Assembly: GCA_000934665.2 (NCBI GenBank)
Contig: KZ538726.1
Location: 1 to 51,038 of the forward strand
DNA length: 51,038 bases
Reading direction: 5' to 3'
DNA from: Catajapyx aquilonaris
Lineage: Eukaryota
The translations under genes were made by a program, and so were the position numbers. Of this stretch, positions 47,101 through 51,038 are shown piece after piece; position 1 is the first letter of the stretch, and each line of letters opens with the position of its first letter. The notes beneath the pieces were generated by a model. That model did no database searches, had not been told where the DNA came from, and was given only the letters and a program-made list of their open reading frames with translations.

Positions 47101-50100
47101 TCTTTCGATCAAATGTATTCAGCGATAATAAAATTTTACAATTATATTCAGAAAGCCATAATTATACACTGTAATTATTTATAATTTATTGGTGTACGAT
47201 AATATTTTGGAAATGGCAAATATTAGTGACTTTATAGACATGATCATCACATAGATATATTTGACGGCTGAAAACTAATATCCCAGAAAGGATTGAGGAA
47301 TACGGGACATTCAGTATGAACTGCTCTTTTTAACTGCAAACGTCGATGTATACCTAATTATGGATATTGGAAAACAACTAATTTCCTATACATTGCGGCA
47401 TAGATATGGTTATACATTATTTGGCAAAATGGAAAATACGAATGATGAGGGTCTCTTTTCCGTGACTGTCATCATTACCCCCTTATGTTCACGTGCTCCA
47501 TTCCCACACTTTATGGGCATACACTCGTGCCAGTCGATTCTGTTTTCGAGCCCATTATATACCCTCGATATTGTAATATTCAAGAAGCAATCCGCCAGAG
47601 AAAAACAACCATGCCCATCCAATTCCTCCCCTTCTTAAATTGATTTACCCCAATATGAATAACAATTACCGCCTCTATTGCCATCTTTCCCCTTCTGATG
47701 CCACGATTAAACTCATAAAAGTCCATCTATTTGGGGAAACTACTCGTATCAGGTTTGTTACAATATATTTTTACCAAAGACCCGCCAATTAATCGATTAT
47801 AATTTTTGTGTCCCCATTTGGTCAGGTCCTGAAATACGCGTAAACAGAAATATTTATCAGAACAATTAACAGACCGATAATTTTTGAGCTGTATGCCTGT
47901 GTACGAAAATTCAAAAAAACATTGCGGCATTTTCCCACCAGATAACCACAAACCCCTCTGGCGTTGCGTTGGTTGGGAGAAGCCTGGCCAAGTGATGATG
48001 CAAAGTTGATGCAAGAAGTGTCGGGTAGTCAACAACAGGGGTTTGTCCCTTTCCCCCACTCCCTTATACAACCCCCCAACAGCACCACCCCAATGATGTT
48101 CTCCACCCAGCAGAACCGTCATCAACTTGTATTGATCGAAGTGGTATGGCATCCGTGAGGGGGGTTTAGGGGTGTTGGTATGGTTAGTACTGCACAAGTA
48201 GGATGTTGAGGAGATGAGGAAGCGATGGGGTTGGATAAGCCCAGGAATGTTGCTTTGGGCGGAGGATCACACCGGGCGGTTTGCCCAGCCGTCGCATCAA
48301 CCAGTGAGGGGCCGGCCGTCAGGGCTATGCGGGAGGTCAGGGGTCAAACGTCCTCTCTTACTCAACTCAGAGCTGCATCCCCTTCTTGTCACCATCACTT
48401 ACTGGCCCAAGCACTCTTCCAGAGCAATATCTTGACAGTCATGTGTTGATTGGAAAGACTTGACAGTGGAAAAGGGAACACACTTTCTTAAAACATCCTT
48501 ATCCCTAACCATACCTAACCGAGCTATTTTATAATATTAAAAAATAATTTCAATTATTTTTATACAGTATAATAATATTTTAATTACCGTTACTAACGAC
48601 ATTTTAAATATTTAAGACAATTCCTTTGTTTCATACGTAACCACATGTCCGCTGCATGTCTGCTTTGTCGCGCTTCTAATCTGGATAATCTGCAGATGTG
48701 TGAAGTAATATATAGAGCAGTTAATGATACTACTTATCAGTCGTCTCTCATTTTTCAGAATGCATGCGGCTGAAATTATTGCTCCGCCGGGCTTCCGTCA
48801 TGTGCCTGCCACGTTAGTTTTTTTTTGTCAGTGCGTGTCACATTTCATTTGAACAAAGTGCGTGCCAACTGCAAAGTGGGAAGAAATGGCCATCTAAATG
48901 GGACCAGTTAATGGGAGGTATGTTAAACGCTTTTTCTGGCCTTTTTTATCCTGTAAAATTTAGCAGAACCTGCATAGGTGGTCTTTTATAGAGCAGTCCA
49001 CTTAGAGAATGCAATGTGCTTGTATTTTATGACAATAACAAGTCTATCAGCTGTGTAAGACAAAATCAATTTTTTACATAATGGTACAGCTATAATAGGC
49101 GAAGCACATGTAAAGATGTATTGGTCTTTAAAGATTTGGTGATATAACCTGTTCATTTGAAATACAATATTATAGGCCATTTAAAAAGCCATCTAGTCAC
49201 AAGTGTCACTTCGATATGACCACAAATGAATAACGACACCTAGCAAGAATGCGGACACCGTGTGATAGTTGTGTAAACACCAAAGTCCTGAAGAAGTAAA
49301 AAAAAAAGGACCTCTAGAGCAGCCGGATAATAAAAGGATCGTAAGACTTCCGTGACGAATTTTTGAAACAGCCTCGCAGCAGGTCATTCCTCAGCTTAGT
49401 AATGGTGACTTGAAACCAGTTGTGGTCGGAAAAGACTCACGGAGGCGAGAAATCGGCCGAATGATAGGCCGCCATTGTGGGTCAGCCAAAGACCTGTAAC
49501 AGAACATTGTGACAAAGTGGTCGTAAATAGTGCTGAAAAGGAAAATGGAGCCAGCTTAATAGCGTTTCGCAATCGAGTGACCTTTTTTGTGCTCCCCTAG
49601 CAACAATGTCAAATTGATTGCCACATTGCCAGAGGCCACACTTAGTTGTCTCTTCTTCAGTATGCGTTGCCTCATGGTTGTTTGTTCGATCAGTTTCACC
49701 ACACACGGAGTGGTCGATTGATCCCAATCAATCTGTCGACAGTACGTCAATGCGCGAGATGAATGAATGATTGGGGTTGGATGAATCTAAAAAAAATCAA
49801 CTCCTTAGTTTGCATACACCTGGCATTGTCGCGACCTGCCTTGAGTATCAAAGATGGTGGGCGTGTAATCCGATGGAATGCGTCATTTCGCTGCGTCCAA
49901 TGCGCCAGCTCACGCTGTCGGGACTAATGGCGCGACCCTTCGACATCTGGATGGAATACATTATTTCAGATTGATCATGCATGCAGTGGTGAGCGCTATT
50001 GTCTGTAAAGGCGCCCACTTCATGCTACGAAGGTATCGCCCTCAGGGTGTCCTCTCACAAGGGCCAGCCAGGTGAAAGGTTGCAGATTGCCTGGAAAAAA

Positions 50101-51038
50101 TGTGGAAATCAGTGACATCGACGGCCATGACACTTTAGGGCAATGTTTGGAAGAAAATATTCAATTTTAAATAATGCGAAATCAACTCCAGTTGACTCAC
50201 GATATTTATTCAAACTCATGAAATTCGTGCGAAAATGGCTGCCTCCTGATGCGTGAACAGTGATATAAATGCTAGCCACAGACCCCATGCATCATCCTAG
50301 ATTAAATCAAATATTTGGAGGATGCCTCTTTAACCTCCCACAAGTCAGCATTGAATACATGGCAGGGTTGACAAACGGATTAGACGCGCAGGAATTAGGT
50401 CAGAAAAACCAGATTCCAATGACACCCACCCCCTACATGTGGGGTCCAAAATACCTACCCTAAACAGAGCATTTCGACGCCATGTATATGAGTGATGTCC
50501 ATGTACCCACCCACATGTCTTTCAAAAAAAAATATTGCTAAGACTGCCGCGCATTACTTGCCATTCAAAAACATCCTTCTCCCTTTTGTACCCTTTCGCT
50601 GTTGGAGGCCCAGTGAGGTCCTACCCGGGGCAGAAAATTATTGACACCCCCATCAGATAAGGGCGACAACTGGGCCCTGCCCACTGGTTTGAAAAGAAGG
50701 CTTTCTTTAGCATGGGGGCTGCTGTGGGTTGCTCCAGGGGGACCTATACACTTCATTTTTTTTAATGTACGGACCGAGGACTCCAACAACACGTGTTTCT
50801 TTCACTTGCTCAGGTAAAAATCCTGGTGGTGGCCACACCTATGGGTCGCTGGGGTATAACGTAAGGGGTGGTGACCGTTTGAAGGTGAGGAGTGACAGGG
50901 ATCTGATAGTTATTTTCGTTAATTTTTTTTGAGCGGCTATTTGATGCGGCGAATTAATTAAGGGGAGTAGTTAGAGCCTGATAATGGTAAGAGACTACTT
51001 TTAGGGGTAATTAGGCCAGGTGCCGGATCACTTATAAA

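Overview
Eukaryotic, arthropod-type genomic DNA with compact introns; the six-frame ORF track mostly shows exon fragments. The first 28.6 kb holds the 5' end of TMEM231 on the minus strand. Head-to-head with it is a tandem plus-strand array of four intact transglutaminase genes, which I reconstructed exon by exon with consistent reading phase. TG1-TG3 (about 734, 746 and 771 aa) are of the horseshoe-crab hemocyte-TG type. TG4 is annulin-type and has two candidate phase-compatible alternative first exons: a short Arg-rich one, and an MGNCQS myristoylation/Cys-cluster one with a PQxE-repeat linker. All four keep the Cys-His-Asp catalytic motifs. Notable details: three GC-AG introns, intron losses that resolve the duplication order, a fold-back MITE and a tRNA-derived SINE in consecutive TG2 introns, and two different SINE families that share a 3' tail. 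From 29 to 51 kb I recognise no gene, only repeat remnants and a 120-N assembly gap. Family assignments come from recalled sequences, not database searches. I do not see a clearly novel system beyond this expanded, diversified TG locus.
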